Of a stretch of DNA of 41,121 nucleotides, positions 1 through 9,539 are shown piece after piece. Each line of letters begins with the position of its first letter. Position 1 is the first letter of the stretch. Below the pieces are notes generated by a model. That model was given only the letters and a program-made list of their open reading frames with translations, searched no databases and was not told the origin of the DNA. The position numbers and the translations under genes were made by a program. The stretch spans positions 1 to 41,121 of the forward strand of contig CAJWOS010000003.1 of assembly GCA_913044235.1 (NCBI GenBank). The letters are read 5' to 3'. Source of the stretch: an uncultured Pseudomonadota bacterium. GTDB taxonomy: Bacteria; Myxococcota_A; UBA796; UBA2385.

Positions 1-1184
1 CCCGCCAACACCGCCACCACACCGGCGACCGCCCACGGCCATCGTGTGGTCTGATTTGCGGCGCGGATCACATCCTGGGTGTTTTCGGACAGCGCCGCGT
101 GGATGGCCGCAGTCTCACTGTCTTCCGGCTCGGGGGCTGTGGTGGCGGGGGGGGACTCCCGGTGGCCGGAGGGGTCCGAGGTGTGCGCGCCGGTGTCAAA
201 GGTCTCGGGAACGGCCGTGAAGTGGCTTCCGCCGACTGGATGACCGGTGAGTGGTGCGCTTGTGATCGGGTGGGCGGAATCGCTGCGGTTGGCCCATCGC
301 GCCCCTTGCAAGGTGATGTTCGCGACCCCCGCCTTTCCATTCACGACCTCCATCAGGTCGGGATGCTCGGTGAACAGGCGCGCCGCGAATGCCTCGACGG
401 TCGCAGGCCGTTCATTGGGGTCGGCAGCGAGTGCGGCCTCAATCGTGGAGGCGATCGGAGCGGGGCAGTCGGGGCGACTCGCGTGCACCGGTGGGAAGTT
501 CGAGGCCGATGCGGCCTGGAGGGTCTCCACAAGGGAGGCCGACGGAAGGAAGGGAGGACGCCCGCAGACCATGCAGTAGAGCAACGCGCCGAGGCTGTAG
601 ACGTCGGCGCGTACGTCAATGGCTGTGGGGTCAGACACCTGCTCCGGAGCCATGTACCCAGGCGTGCCCAGGAAGTCGCCCTGAAGGGTATCTCCGCCGG
701 TGTCGGCCATGAGGCGCGCGATGCCGAAGTCGGTGACCATGGCCCGCACGCCGCCGGAGACGGGCTCGAGCATGACATTGGCGGGCTTGAGGTCCCGGTG
801 CAGCACCGACCGTGCGTGGGCGGCTGCGATGGCACCGAACAGCTGGGCCGACAGGGAGAGTGTGACGTCGATCGAGAGCGCACCGCTGGCCTGGAGGGCA
901 TGGTCGAGCGATAGGCCCTCGATGTATTCCATCACCAGTCCGGGATGCCCCTTGTGCTCAATGACATCGGTGACCGAGACCACGTGAGGATGGTCGAGAG
1001 TGGCCTGGATGCGTCCTTCGCGCACGAGCCTTCGATGCACTGCGCCCCCGCGAATGGCGAGGAGCTTGAGTGCATGGACTGTTCCGAGGGTGGTGTGGCG
1101 AACGCGGTACACCCGCGCGAGCCCCCCTTCGCCCACCATGGCCTCGACGAGGTATTTGTCGATGGTTTCGCCTGGTTCGATCAC
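1..1184 (-). CDS. Hanks-type Ser/Thr protein kinase, membrane-anchored (3' end runs off window)
   Basis: Not in the ORF track because it has no stop inside the window. Manual translation from GTG at 1184 gives MIEPGETIDKYLVEAMVGEGGLARVY...ALK...LHRDLKPANV...MVTDFG...LGTPGYMAPE, then a Pro-rich linker and a hydrophobic helix RWPWAVAGVVAVLA at the window edge. Confidence 0.93.
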   Translation of the reverse strand, partial: MIEPGETIDKYLVEAMVGEGGLARVYRVRHTTLGTVHALKLLAIRGGAVHRRLVREGRIQATLDHPHVVSVTDVIEHKGHPGLVMEYIEGLSLDHALQASGALSIDVTLSLSAQLFGAIAAAHARSVLHRDLKPANVMLEPVSGGVRAMVTDFGIARLMADTGGDTLQGDFLGTPGYMAPEQVSDPTAIDVRADVYSLGALLYCMVCGRPPFLPSASLVETLQAASASNFPPVHASRPDCPAPIASTIEAALAADPNERPATVEAFAARLFTEHPDLMEVVNGKAGVANITLQGARWANRSDSAHPITSAPLTGHPVGGSHFTAVPETFDTGAHTSDPSGHRESPPATTAPEPEDSETAAIHAALSENTQDVIRAANQTTRWPWAVAGVVAVLA

Positions 1185-1187
1185 GAC

Positions 1188-2120
1188 TCAGTTCGCTCCG
1201 GATTCCGCAGGCCGAGGATAGAAACTTACGCCGGCACTCAGGCCGACCACTAGAGGATTGTTCACCGCAGCCGTGGTGCCCCAGCCACCGAGGACCAGCG
1301 TGGTGCGTTCGGAGCTGCGGACGAGTAGCTTACCCCCCACGCGTACGGAGCGGGCGCGGAGACGCGCAAACCGATCGATATCCGTGGCGAGTCTGGGAGA
1401 TGCGAGGAGGTCTTCGAGGTCGATCCCTTGCGGACGCTCCCAGTACGACACAGTCGGTCCCACGCTCCACCACGCACGAGTGCCACCGAGAACTTCCAGA
1501 TCAACGGAATACTCGCTGCCTGGGATCGGCGGGCTGGCTCCTGCAACATTGGACTGGCGCACAAGCCAGCGGCCATCCACATGCGCGCTCCAGAACCCTT
1601 GGCCCAGTCCTCCAGAACGTCCGATGGCGAGGGTGGGGCCGAAATCCGTGGTGCCTTCGCCGAGGTTCGTGGTGCGGTCGCGCGTGGGACCCGTCCATTG
1701 CCCCAGGCGAGCGGCGGCACCGACTGCCATGCTCATGGGCGCCCCTGTGAGCTCGTCGAGCAGCTGCCACTTGGCACGGAGTCCGAGGGGTGCAAAGCCC
1801 GTAGTGGTCTTGCATGTATCGGGTCCGAGTGCCGCACAGAGCGGACCGCCCGGTCGGTTGGCCTCGGCTCGAAGCCATGCCACGTCGAGCTCAACCTCGA
1901 TGTTTTCGCGAACACCGTGCGTCACCACGGCCTTGAATCCGGTGGTCTCCAGACCATCATCGACATCCAACACATCGTCTGCACGGGCACCAGAAGACTG
2001 TGTGAGGCGCTCGAGACGTTGACTCTCAGCCCCCGTGTAGACCGAGGTGTCGCCCTCGGAAATGGCCCAGGGGCCAGACCCGGCCATGGCAGAAGACAGC
2101 AGAAGAACAGTGAGATTCAC
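1188..2120 (-). CDS. Secreted hypothetical protein, probable outer-membrane beta-barrel
   Basis: Part of ORF 1188..2303. The likely start is GTG at 2120 (MNLTVLLLSSAMA-GSGPW, signal-peptide-like). It has amphipathic beta-strand patterns and a terminal strand VGLSAGVSFY. The stop lies 3 nt from the kinase start. Confidence 0.6.
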   Translation of the reverse strand: MNLTVLLLSSAMAGSGPWAISEGDTSVYTGAESQRLERLTQSSGARADDVLDVDDGLETTGFKAVVTHGVRENIEVELDVAWLRAEANRPGGPLCAALGPDTCKTTTGFAPLGLRAKWQLLDELTGAPMSMAVGAAARLGQWTGPTRDRTTNLGEGTTDFGPTLAIGRSGGLGQGFWSAHVDGRWLVRQSNVAGASPPIPGSEYSVDLEVLGGTRAWWSVGPTVSYWERPQGIDLEDLLASPRLATDIDRFARLRARSVRVGGKLLVRSSERTTLVLGGWGTTAAVNNPLVVGLSAGVSFYPRPAESGAN

Positions 2121-2503
2121 GGACTTTCCGGGGATTCGGAGGAACGGGCATGAAGCCGAAGACGGCGGTGGGGTGGGGGATCCGAGGGCGATGCCAGGGC
2201 TTCGCGGGGATCGGGAAACCTTTATTGACAGGAAACGCGCCCCAGAAATGGGACCTTGAGGGTTGCAGGTGGCGTCTGGAGAACGGACCTGAGCAAAACC
2301 CAACTGAGGGTCCCTTACCGGCGTTCGGTCCCTGCGAGAAGTCCGGGCAGTGTGAACGACTGGTGTTCCGTGCCCCAGGGCCCCCCTAAAGTTCCGTATT
2401 TCGTCATCCGTTTCCCCCTCTAAGTATCTTCTGAACTTCCTCTACATCGGTGTACACGCACCACAGCCGAAGGTCGCCTTCGGCGAAGCGAACCGGGTTC
2501 CCC

Positions 2504-3724
2504 ATGCCGCGCATTTTGTTCGTCGATGACGAACCCATGATCTTGAACAGCCTCCGGTTGCGGTTCAGTCGACGCCACCCGGACTGGGACTGTCGATTTG
2601 CCGCGGACGGTATCTGCGCGATGGAGCATGTGGCGGCCGGTGCATTTGATGTCGTGGTCAGCGACATGCGGATGCCTGGGATGGACGGCGCCACGCTCCT
2701 GGGGCTGGTGCGAGAGCGACATCCGCAGACCTTCCGCATCGTGTTGTCGGGCCAGATGAGTCGCGATGCACAGCTACGCGCCCTGCCAGTGACCCATCGG
2801 TTCCACCACAAGCCATGTCCCCCCGCGGCGCTCGAACAGACCATTCAGCAGGCGATCGAGCTCTCTCAGCAGCTCGACGATGCAGCGATTGCGGCCGTGG
2901 TTGGGGGGCTGCGTCGCCTGCCCGCAGCGCCGCGGCTGTATGCCGAGATCACACGGATGATGGCTGATCATCGAGTAGGACTGAACCAGATTGCACGCAT
3001 GGTCGACCAAGACCCAGCCATGGCTGCGCGACTGCTCCACGTTGCCAACTCGGCATTTTTTGGCGTGCGGCGCAAGATCCGCACGTCGATGGAAGCGCTC
3101 AACTGGTTGGGGGTCGACCTCACACGAAAGCTCGTGTTGTCCTCGGAGCTCGCCGTCACCTTCGGGCACGGCCCGGCGAGTCGGATCATCGACGAAGTGC
3201 AAGCCCATGCCACCCTCACTGCACGAATCGCGTCTCGTCTCGTGGCTCGAGACCAGGCGCGTGTGGTGTCTTCCGCCGCCTTGCTGCACGAGGTGGGACG
3301 GCTGGTCATCGCCCATGGAGCGCCGCGTATGGCCCGCCAGGTGGAAGAAGAGCGCACCCGCACGAACGACTTGTGTGCGGCAGAGCGCGCCATCATGGGC
3401 ATCACTCATGCCGAGGTGGGTGCTTATCTCCTGAACCTCTGGGGCCTCCCCCTCGACATCGTCAATGCGGTCGCCCACCATCACACGCCCGGCGCGCCCA
3501 CCCGCGACGGGTCACTCACGCCGGCTGCGGCGATTTATGTGGCCAGTGCGCTGGCCAATGCTGCGCGGGAGCGCGACCCCTACATCCCCGATCCGCGCCG
3601 GCTGCGCCTGAATGCATCCTGGTTGCGGGCGATGGGGATCGACCTGAAGCTCCACGAGTGGTGTCTGCTGGCCAATCACCAGTGTGGAATGATGTCGCAG
3701 GAGGTCACCACGGTGCGACCTTGA
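2504..3724 (+). CDS. Response regulator receiver + HDOD domain protein
   Basis: MPRILFVDDE...DVVVSDMRMPGMDG...HKP is a REC domain. It is followed by LPAAP...DQDPAMAARLLHVANSAFFG...ALLHEVGRL...THAEVGAYLL.LWGLP...HHH (HDOD). Confidence 0.92.
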   Translation: MPRILFVDDEPMILNSLRLRFSRRHPDWDCRFAADGICAMEHVAAGAFDVVVSDMRMPGMDGATLLGLVRERHPQTFRIVLSGQMSRDAQLRALPVTHRFHHKPCPPAALEQTIQQAIELSQQLDDAAIAAVVGGLRRLPAAPRLYAEITRMMADHRVGLNQIARMVDQDPAMAARLLHVANSAFFGVRRKIRTSMEALNWLGVDLTRKLVLSSELAVTFGHGPASRIIDEVQAHATLTARIASRLVARDQARVVSSAALLHEVGRLVIAHGAPRMARQVEEERTRTNDLCAAERAIMGITHAEVGAYLLNLWGLPLDIVNAVAHHHTPGAPTRDGSLTPAAAIYVASALANAARERDPYIPDPRRLRLNASWLRAMGIDLKLHEWCLLANHQCGMMSQEVTTVRP

Positions 3725-3784
3725 ATCCACCAGGAGCCGGCATGGAGCGGACGGGCTAGGGCGGAGGGGCGCCTGGAGGCCACC

Positions 3785-4402
3785 GTGAATCTTGCCGACC
3801 TCATCGCTGCTCCATTCGGCAACCACCGACAGATCGCGGACTACCTGGATGGACTGGAGCACGACGCTCGTGTGGCGGAATCGCGTACGCTTGGTCGGGC
3901 GCAGCAGCGACGGCTCTGGGACAAGGCAGCCGACAACGGTCCGCTCACCCTGGACGACTTCGTACCGGGGTCGGTGGACCCTTTGGTTGAGGTCATTCAC
4001 GAAGGGCGGAACACGCTTCCGCTGCCGCGGGCGTTCCGCCACTTCCAGAAACGATTTTGTCGGCCTGCCGAGGCGGAGGGGTGTCTCTATGGGTACAACG
4101 AAGGCGCGAGTCGGCCGCTGATCGGTCCCGGCTACTTCGTGCTCGTGCCCACGGAAGGCCATCCGGCATGGCGCACCCGTGGATCGATCGTCGTGGACTA
4201 CTTTCAGGTGCCGGATGGGCCTGTAGTCACGAGCTGGCCCAAAGTGGTTCCGAACCAAAAGGGCCTGCAAGTGCTGGTCTACAACGGCACTCGGGACTTC
4301 ATGCGAAAGGTGAGCGAGACCGCCACAATTGGTGCAGCGTACAAGGGAGAGACCCCCTTGGATCATTACTTCATGCTCGTCCGACGGCCGGTCGCCGACT
4401 GA
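3785..4402 (+). CDS. Hypothetical protein (205 aa, globular)
   Basis: GGAGG RBS before the GTG start and normal coding composition. No family recognised. Confidence 0.75.
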   Translation: MNLADLIAAPFGNHRQIADYLDGLEHDARVAESRTLGRAQQRRLWDKAADNGPLTLDDFVPGSVDPLVEVIHEGRNTLPLPRAFRHFQKRFCRPAEAEGCLYGYNEGASRPLIGPGYFVLVPTEGHPAWRTRGSIVVDYFQVPDGPVVTSWPKVVPNQKGLQVLVYNGTRDFMRKVSETATIGAAYKGETPLDHYFMLVRRPVAD

Positions 4403-4414
4403 CAAACCGGCGCG

Positions 4415-5350
4415 TCAGCCCGCGACGCGCACCGACTCGGTCGGCGCTTCCGCTTCCATCACGACGCGATTGCGACCGGATCTCTTTGCCACATACAGTG
4501 CGTCGTCGGCGTTTCGTACCAGTTCGTCGCCGAAGGGTTTCCCATCGGCCCAGCAGGCGCCGATGCTCACGGTCACCGACACGGCGGAACCATCCGCGAG
4601 CAGCGGTTCCGACGACAGTGCCGTGCGAATGCGCTCGCCCACGTCGAGGGTGACTTGCCGCGTGCAGTCTGGGAGCACGATGAGGAATTCTTCTCCGCCA
4701 TATCGACCGATCCGATCGTAGGGGCGAAGCACATCGGCCATTCGTCTGGCGGACTCCCGCAGCACGGCATCTCCCGCGAGGTGTCCCCAGGTGTCATTGA
4801 CGCGCTTGAAGTGGTCGAGGTCTGCCACGAGCACCCCGAGTCCCGAGAGGCGACGCGAAGCGCGGGCTTGTTCTTCCTGGAGTGCGTCGATGATGGCGGT
4901 GCGGTTCAACAGGCCGGTGAGGCCGTCTCGAGTGGCCTGTCGGTGCAGGGCATCGCGGGCTTCAATCAGCTGGTTCTGTAGGTCGAGCAGGCGCCGGCCG
5001 ATGCGAAGGCGGGCCTGGAGCTCCAGGGGATCAAACGGCTTGCTGAGGTATTCATCGGCGCCGCTGTTCAGACCCTCCACAAGATCCTCTCGACGACTGC
5101 GCGAGGTGAGCAGCATCAGGTAGCGGTAGGGCTCGGCGTTGGCTGCGCGCACCTGACGGCACACTTCGGGGCCGTCGAGCTGCGGCATCATCCAGTCGAT
5201 GATTCCCAGGCATGGACCATCGGAGCGGGACAGTGCTTCGACGGCGGCCCGGCCGTCCGCAGCTTCCTCGACCTCGTAGCCCCAAAAACGCAGGGTTCGA
5301 GAGAGCACGAGGCGGGAGAACCGGTCGTCGTCCGCAACGAGAATCTTCAT
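4415..5350 (-). CDS. Diguanylate cyclase with N-terminal receiver domain (PleD/WspR-like)
   Basis: MKILVADDD...DWMMPQLDG...KP (REC); DGLTGLLNR, DLDHFKRVND.WGHLAGD, RPYD (RxxD I-site) and RYGGEEF. Confidence 0.95.
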   Translation of the reverse strand: MKILVADDDRFSRLVLSRTLRFWGYEVEEAADGRAAVEALSRSDGPCLGIIDWMMPQLDGPEVCRQVRAANAEPYRYLMLLTSRSRREDLVEGLNSGADEYLSKPFDPLELQARLRIGRRLLDLQNQLIEARDALHRQATRDGLTGLLNRTAIIDALQEEQARASRRLSGLGVLVADLDHFKRVNDTWGHLAGDAVLRESARRMADVLRPYDRIGRYGGEEFLIVLPDCTRQVTLDVGERIRTALSSEPLLADGSAVSVTVSIGACWADGKPFGDELVRNADDALYVAKRSGRNRVVMEAEAPTESVRVAG

Positions 5351-5435
5351 TGGGAACTCCTGGCCGAGGCAGCATCCGGGGGATCGGATCGCTCGATGTG
5401 AATCGTGAGGGGGAAGGGAAGGTTTTGTGTGCGAC

Positions 5436-7973
5436 TCACGCGGTCTGCAACACGCCGACCCGCTGGAGGGCGTCGCGAAGTTGTTGGACCACCATCGGGA
5501 GGGACGCCATCAGGTCATCCGCGAGATCGAGCTGTCCGGTTCGACCGGCCTCTTCGAGGTCCGAGCAGATCTGGCAGAGCTCGTCGGCACCCAGGTACGC
5601 GCTGCTCGACTTGAGGGCATGGGAAACGCGCTGAATGGCTTCCCGGTCCCCGTCTTGAAGGGCGTGATGAAGGCGGTTCACGCGGGTTTGTGTGTCGTCG
5701 AGGAAGATCGCGACGAGCTCTTGGATGTCCTCTTCTGCTTCGACACCCATCGACACCAGCCGCGAGTGGAGGTTGGGGCGGAGAATCATTGTGGACACCG
5801 GTTTGTGGCGGAGGGTTCCGTCTTCAATGGCCTGGTCGTACTCACGCAGCTGGTGGATCCAGCCGAGGAGAGTGCGGTCGAGCTGACCGGGCTCGACGGG
5901 CTTTGCGAGATAGTCGTCCATGCCTGCGCGCATGCATCGCTCCCGCGTGCCCATCATGGCGTCGGCGGTCATGGCGATGATGGGTGTGTGGGCGCGCGGG
6001 TCGGTTTCCTCCGCGCGGATCGCCTCGGCTGCAGCGAAGCCATCCATCACGGGCATCATGCAGTCCATGAGAATCAAGGAGAATTCGCCGGTCCGCCATG
6101 CATCGACGGCTTCTCGTCCATTGGAGACGATCTCGTAAGGGTAGCCGAGGCGCTCGAGGGTGCGGGCAGCCAGGACCTGGTTTACCGAATTGTCCTCTGC
6201 CACCAGGATGCGGTGGTGGGCGAGGTCATTGCGGGAAAAGCCGGTGGAGGTCTCGTCGGTCGTGGCCTCTTCGGGCACACACAGACCGTCGAAGTCGTCT
6301 CCGGCCAATGCGCGGGCCAGGGCTCTTCGCGTGGCCGCCGGGCGCGAGGGTCGACCCAGGACCGCCGCGAGTCGTGCCGTGCTGAGGTCGGGATGGCTTG
6401 CGCTCGTCCCGAGTCGGGTCATCAGGATGCGGCCCGTTTGCTGGAGACGCGGGTTGGTCGCCACCGCCCGTGCCACGTCGATTCCCCGCAATCCTTCCAA
6501 GTCTTGATCGAGAAACACTGCGTCGTAGGGCGCCGCGGCGTCGCATGCGCTGCTGAGGGAAACGAGTGCTGACACGCCGTCTTGCACCACGTCTACCTCT
6601 GCTCCGAGCGGGGTCAGCACATCGACCAAGGCCGCCGCGGCAGCTCGATCGTCGTCCACGACCAGCACGCGCCGGCCGGCGAATTGTGCGGGCGGCAGCG
6701 GACGGGAAGCTTCTGGCTCGGCGCTGGTCAGCTGCGCGGTGAACCAGAAGGTGCTGCCGTCCCCCACGGCGCTCGAGACCCCGATGTCGCCCCCCATCAG
6801 CTCGCAGAGTTCTCTCGAAATCGCGAGGCCCAGTCCGGTCCCACCAAACTGACGGGTGGTGCTGGAGTCGGCCTGTGTGAACGGCTGGAATAGGCCCGAC
6901 AGCTTGTCTTCTCGGATGCCCACACCGGTGTCATCGACCTCGAATCGAATCACCGTATGGTCTGTGGTCGCGTCGGCGAGGAAGACGCGGACCACGATGT
7001 GGCCCCGGGAGGTGAACTTCACCGCGTTGCCGACCAGGTTGATCAGGACCTGTCGGAGTCGCGCAGGATCGCCCACGAGGTTGGTCGGTACGTCTTGCCC
7101 AACGTGCGCGATCAGGTCCACCTCCATTCGACTGGCACGCTCGGCGAACAGTTCCAAGACACCATGAACGAGCTCGGTCACATCCAGTGGAACCCGCTCG
7201 AGGATCAGATGGCCGGCCTCGATCTTGGAAAAGTCGAGGATGGAGTTGAGGAGCTCCAGCAGGTGCTGTCCGGAAGAGCGAATGATCTCGGCGCACTCTC
7301 GCTGTTCCGAGTCGAGCTCGGTATCGAGCATCAGTCCCGCCATCCCGATCACGGCGTTCATCGGGGTGCGGATCTCGTGGCTCATGTTGGCGAGAAAGGC
7401 GGACTTCATCCGGCTGGCTTCCTCGGCATCCCGCCGCGCTTGCTGAAGCGAGGCTTCTTCGCGCTTCCGGGCCACGATGTCGCGGAAGAGAACCACCGCG
7501 CCGGAGGGTCCTCCGGGCCCGTGTCCGAGCGGATTGATGTGGAAGCCCACCGGGATCGCGAGGCCATCGGAGCGGTGGAAGACCGACTCGTGGATTCGAT
7601 GGCTGAGCCCGTCGTGAATGGCCGAGCAGACCACGTCTTCGATTCGGACCTTCTGGGGATCGCGCCCCACCAGGTCGGCAAAAGACTGTCCCACATGCGC
7701 GTCGTTCCAAGCGAGCTGGTTTGCGGCTGCGGGGTTGAAGCCAGTCACGCATCCGGCGGTGTCGAGGGTGATGAGACCCTCGCCAATGGCCGCCACGGCG
7801 GCATGGAGAGTCTCGCGGTCGAAGGCTTCATCGGGAGGCTGGGAACCGTGGATGGGCTCGGCGGCGATCGCCGTTTCCAGTGAACGTCTCCACCGCGGAT
7901 CGCTGGTGTCTCCGCCCGGTGGGCTGCCCACGGTGTCCAGGTATCGGAGAATGAGGGGTACAGAGTCGAGCAT
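5436..7973 (-). CDS. Hybrid sensor histidine kinase, PAS-HisKA-HATPase-REC-REC-Hpt
   Basis: PAS (EGLITLD..G.VTGFNPAA), H-box FLANMSHEIRTPMN, NLVGNAVKFT, DTGVGI, FTQAD, GGTGLGL, two REC domains and Hpt (SHALKSSS). Start taken at ATG 7973; the longer ORF to 8279 overlaps the divergent gene. Confidence 0.93.
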   Translation of the reverse strand: MLDSVPLILRYLDTVGSPPGGDTSDPRWRRSLETAIAAEPIHGSQPPDEAFDRETLHAAVAAIGEGLITLDTAGCVTGFNPAAANQLAWNDAHVGQSFADLVGRDPQKVRIEDVVCSAIHDGLSHRIHESVFHRSDGLAIPVGFHINPLGHGPGGPSGAVVLFRDIVARKREEASLQQARRDAEEASRMKSAFLANMSHEIRTPMNAVIGMAGLMLDTELDSEQRECAEIIRSSGQHLLELLNSILDFSKIEAGHLILERVPLDVTELVHGVLELFAERASRMEVDLIAHVGQDVPTNLVGDPARLRQVLINLVGNAVKFTSRGHIVVRVFLADATTDHTVIRFEVDDTGVGIREDKLSGLFQPFTQADSSTTRQFGGTGLGLAISRELCELMGGDIGVSSAVGDGSTFWFTAQLTSAEPEASRPLPPAQFAGRRVLVVDDDRAAAAALVDVLTPLGAEVDVVQDGVSALVSLSSACDAAAPYDAVFLDQDLEGLRGIDVARAVATNPRLQQTGRILMTRLGTSASHPDLSTARLAAVLGRPSRPAATRRALARALAGDDFDGLCVPEEATTDETSTGFSRNDLAHHRILVAEDNSVNQVLAARTLERLGYPYEIVSNGREAVDAWRTGEFSLILMDCMMPVMDGFAAAEAIRAEETDPRAHTPIIAMTADAMMGTRERCMRAGMDDYLAKPVEPGQLDRTLLGWIHQLREYDQAIEDGTLRHKPVSTMILRPNLHSRLVSMGVEAEEDIQELVAIFLDDTQTRVNRLHHALQDGDREAIQRVSHALKSSSAYLGADELCQICSDLEEAGRTGQLDLADDLMASLPMVVQQLRDALQRVGVLQTA

Positions 7974-8178
7974 GGCGAAACTTCCGCAGTTCGGACCCGC
8001 AAGGTCTTCGGCGTGTTCTGGTGTACGGCACGATGTTGGGTCGACTTGATGTCCAGGGCCGAATGGTGAATCTCGGTGACGACAAGGGGGGTAGGCTGCA
8101 AAGTCGCGCCCCGGATGAACGGTGGACTGGATAGACGCCTGTTCCCATACGCTGGGCCTCGGGCCCACAGGACGCCTC

Positions 8179-9522
8179 GTGACTGCCGCTCGCACCGCAT
8201 CCATCGTCTGTCTCGCTCTGCTCACCGGGATGGGCTGTGGGCCGAAGGAAGGCCCCAAGGCTAGTGTGAGCGATGCCACCTGGCTTGCCGGCCGGCCGGG
8301 ATACCCCGCGGTCTGCTTGTCAAAGATCCCGACAGCGGGTCGACTGGGGCCTGATCAGGCAGCCTACGGAAATGCCCTCGCAGCCTTGCGAGAAGGAGAT
8401 CCGATTGCCGCCCGTACGGCCATTGAGACTGCCACGGGAGACCACCCTGCTGTCGATGGACTGGCGGGCGCGCTTGCCTTGCTCGAAGGGCGACCGCTCG
8501 ATGCGCGTCCCATTTATCGCAGCCTCGCCTCAGACTGGCCCGAGGACGGCTGTGTGTTGCATACGGCCGGTGTGGTGTACCTGTCGGCGGGGTTGGGCCG
8601 GCTGGCGCGTGGCTTCGTACGGTCGGCCATTCCGCTGCAGCCCGACGAGGTCGAGACACGGTATCTCAACGGTCTGGTAGAGCGGGCCTCCGGAGACGAG
8701 GAGTCGGCAGCACGGGCGTTCCGCGATGTGGTGCAGCGGAGTCCGGGGCATCCCGGCGCGAGTCTCTCGCTGGCCTCCTACCACCTGGCCCGAGGCGACG
8801 GTCTCCTGGCGGTTCCGATGCTCAAGGCGGCCCGGGACGGTGGGCTGGAAGTGGGCGACACCTTGGCACGGGCGCTGTACCGCGCGGGTGAGATTGGCCC
8901 CTACGTGGCAGAGGCGTCTCGGCTGGGATGGCCTCTGGGGGATGCCGGTGCGCTCGCGACCGCAGATGATCCGGTGGGCGCGCTGGCCGAGCTTCTTGGC
9001 GTGGGAGACGACCAGAAGCTGTTCGTAGAGATCACCACATCAGCGGGTCCGATCGAGTGTGAGCTGTTCTGGGACAAGGCACCGGTCACGGTGGGGAACT
9101 TTGTGGGTCTGGCCCGCGGCACGCAGGCCTGGACCGATCCGCGCACAGGTGCGGCAGGACAAGGCGGGCTGTACCCGGGCACGGTCTTTCACCGCGTGAT
9201 TCCGGAATTCATGATTCAAGGCGGGGATGCAAACGGAGACGGAACGGGCGATCCGGGCTACCGCTTTGCGGATGAGATCGTGCCCTCACTGCGGTTCGAC
9301 GAGCCTGGTCGGTTGGCCATGGCGAACTCCGGTCCCGATACAAACGGATCGCAGTTCTTCATCAATGATGTGCCCACGCCGCACCTGAACGCGATGCACA
9401 CCATCTTCGGCCAGTGTACGGAAGCTTCGCTCGACACGGTGCGCGCGATGGCCCGAGTGCCCCGTGATGCGAGCGACATGCCGGCTCAACCCATCCTGCT
9501 GGAGTCGATGACGTTCCGCTGA
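8179..9522 (+). CDS. Lipoprotein with TPR-like repeats and C-terminal cyclophilin-type peptidyl-prolyl isomerase
   Basis: Lipobox-like LLTGMG-C, Ala/Leu-rich TPR-like helices, and cyclophilin motifs APVTVGNFVGLA, FHRVIPEFMIQGGD, LAMANSGPDTNGSQFFI, HTIFGQ. Start is uncertain (8122 or 8179). Confidence 0.88.
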   Translation: MTAARTASIVCLALLTGMGCGPKEGPKASVSDATWLAGRPGYPAVCLSKIPTAGRLGPDQAAYGNALAALREGDPIAARTAIETATGDHPAVDGLAGALALLEGRPLDARPIYRSLASDWPEDGCVLHTAGVVYLSAGLGRLARGFVRSAIPLQPDEVETRYLNGLVERASGDEESAARAFRDVVQRSPGHPGASLSLASYHLARGDGLLAVPMLKAARDGGLEVGDTLARALYRAGEIGPYVAEASRLGWPLGDAGALATADDPVGALAELLGVGDDQKLFVEITTSAGPIECELFWDKAPVTVGNFVGLARGTQAWTDPRTGAAGQGGLYPGTVFHRVIPEFMIQGGDANGDGTGDPGYRFADEIVPSLRFDEPGRLAMANSGPDTNGSQFFINDVPTPHLNAMHTIFGQCTEASLDTVRAMARVPRDASDMPAQPILLESMTFR

Positions 9523-9539
9523 GTACAGGCGGGCGCAGT

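Noticed and set aside
99-1253. Plus-strand ORFs 99..914 and 945..1253
   Set aside because: Antisense shadows of the Ser/Thr kinase, which has all catalytic motifs on the minus strand.
7974-8279. N-terminal extension of the hybrid kinase ORF
   Set aside because: It has non-coding-like composition and overlaps the divergent cyclophilin gene.
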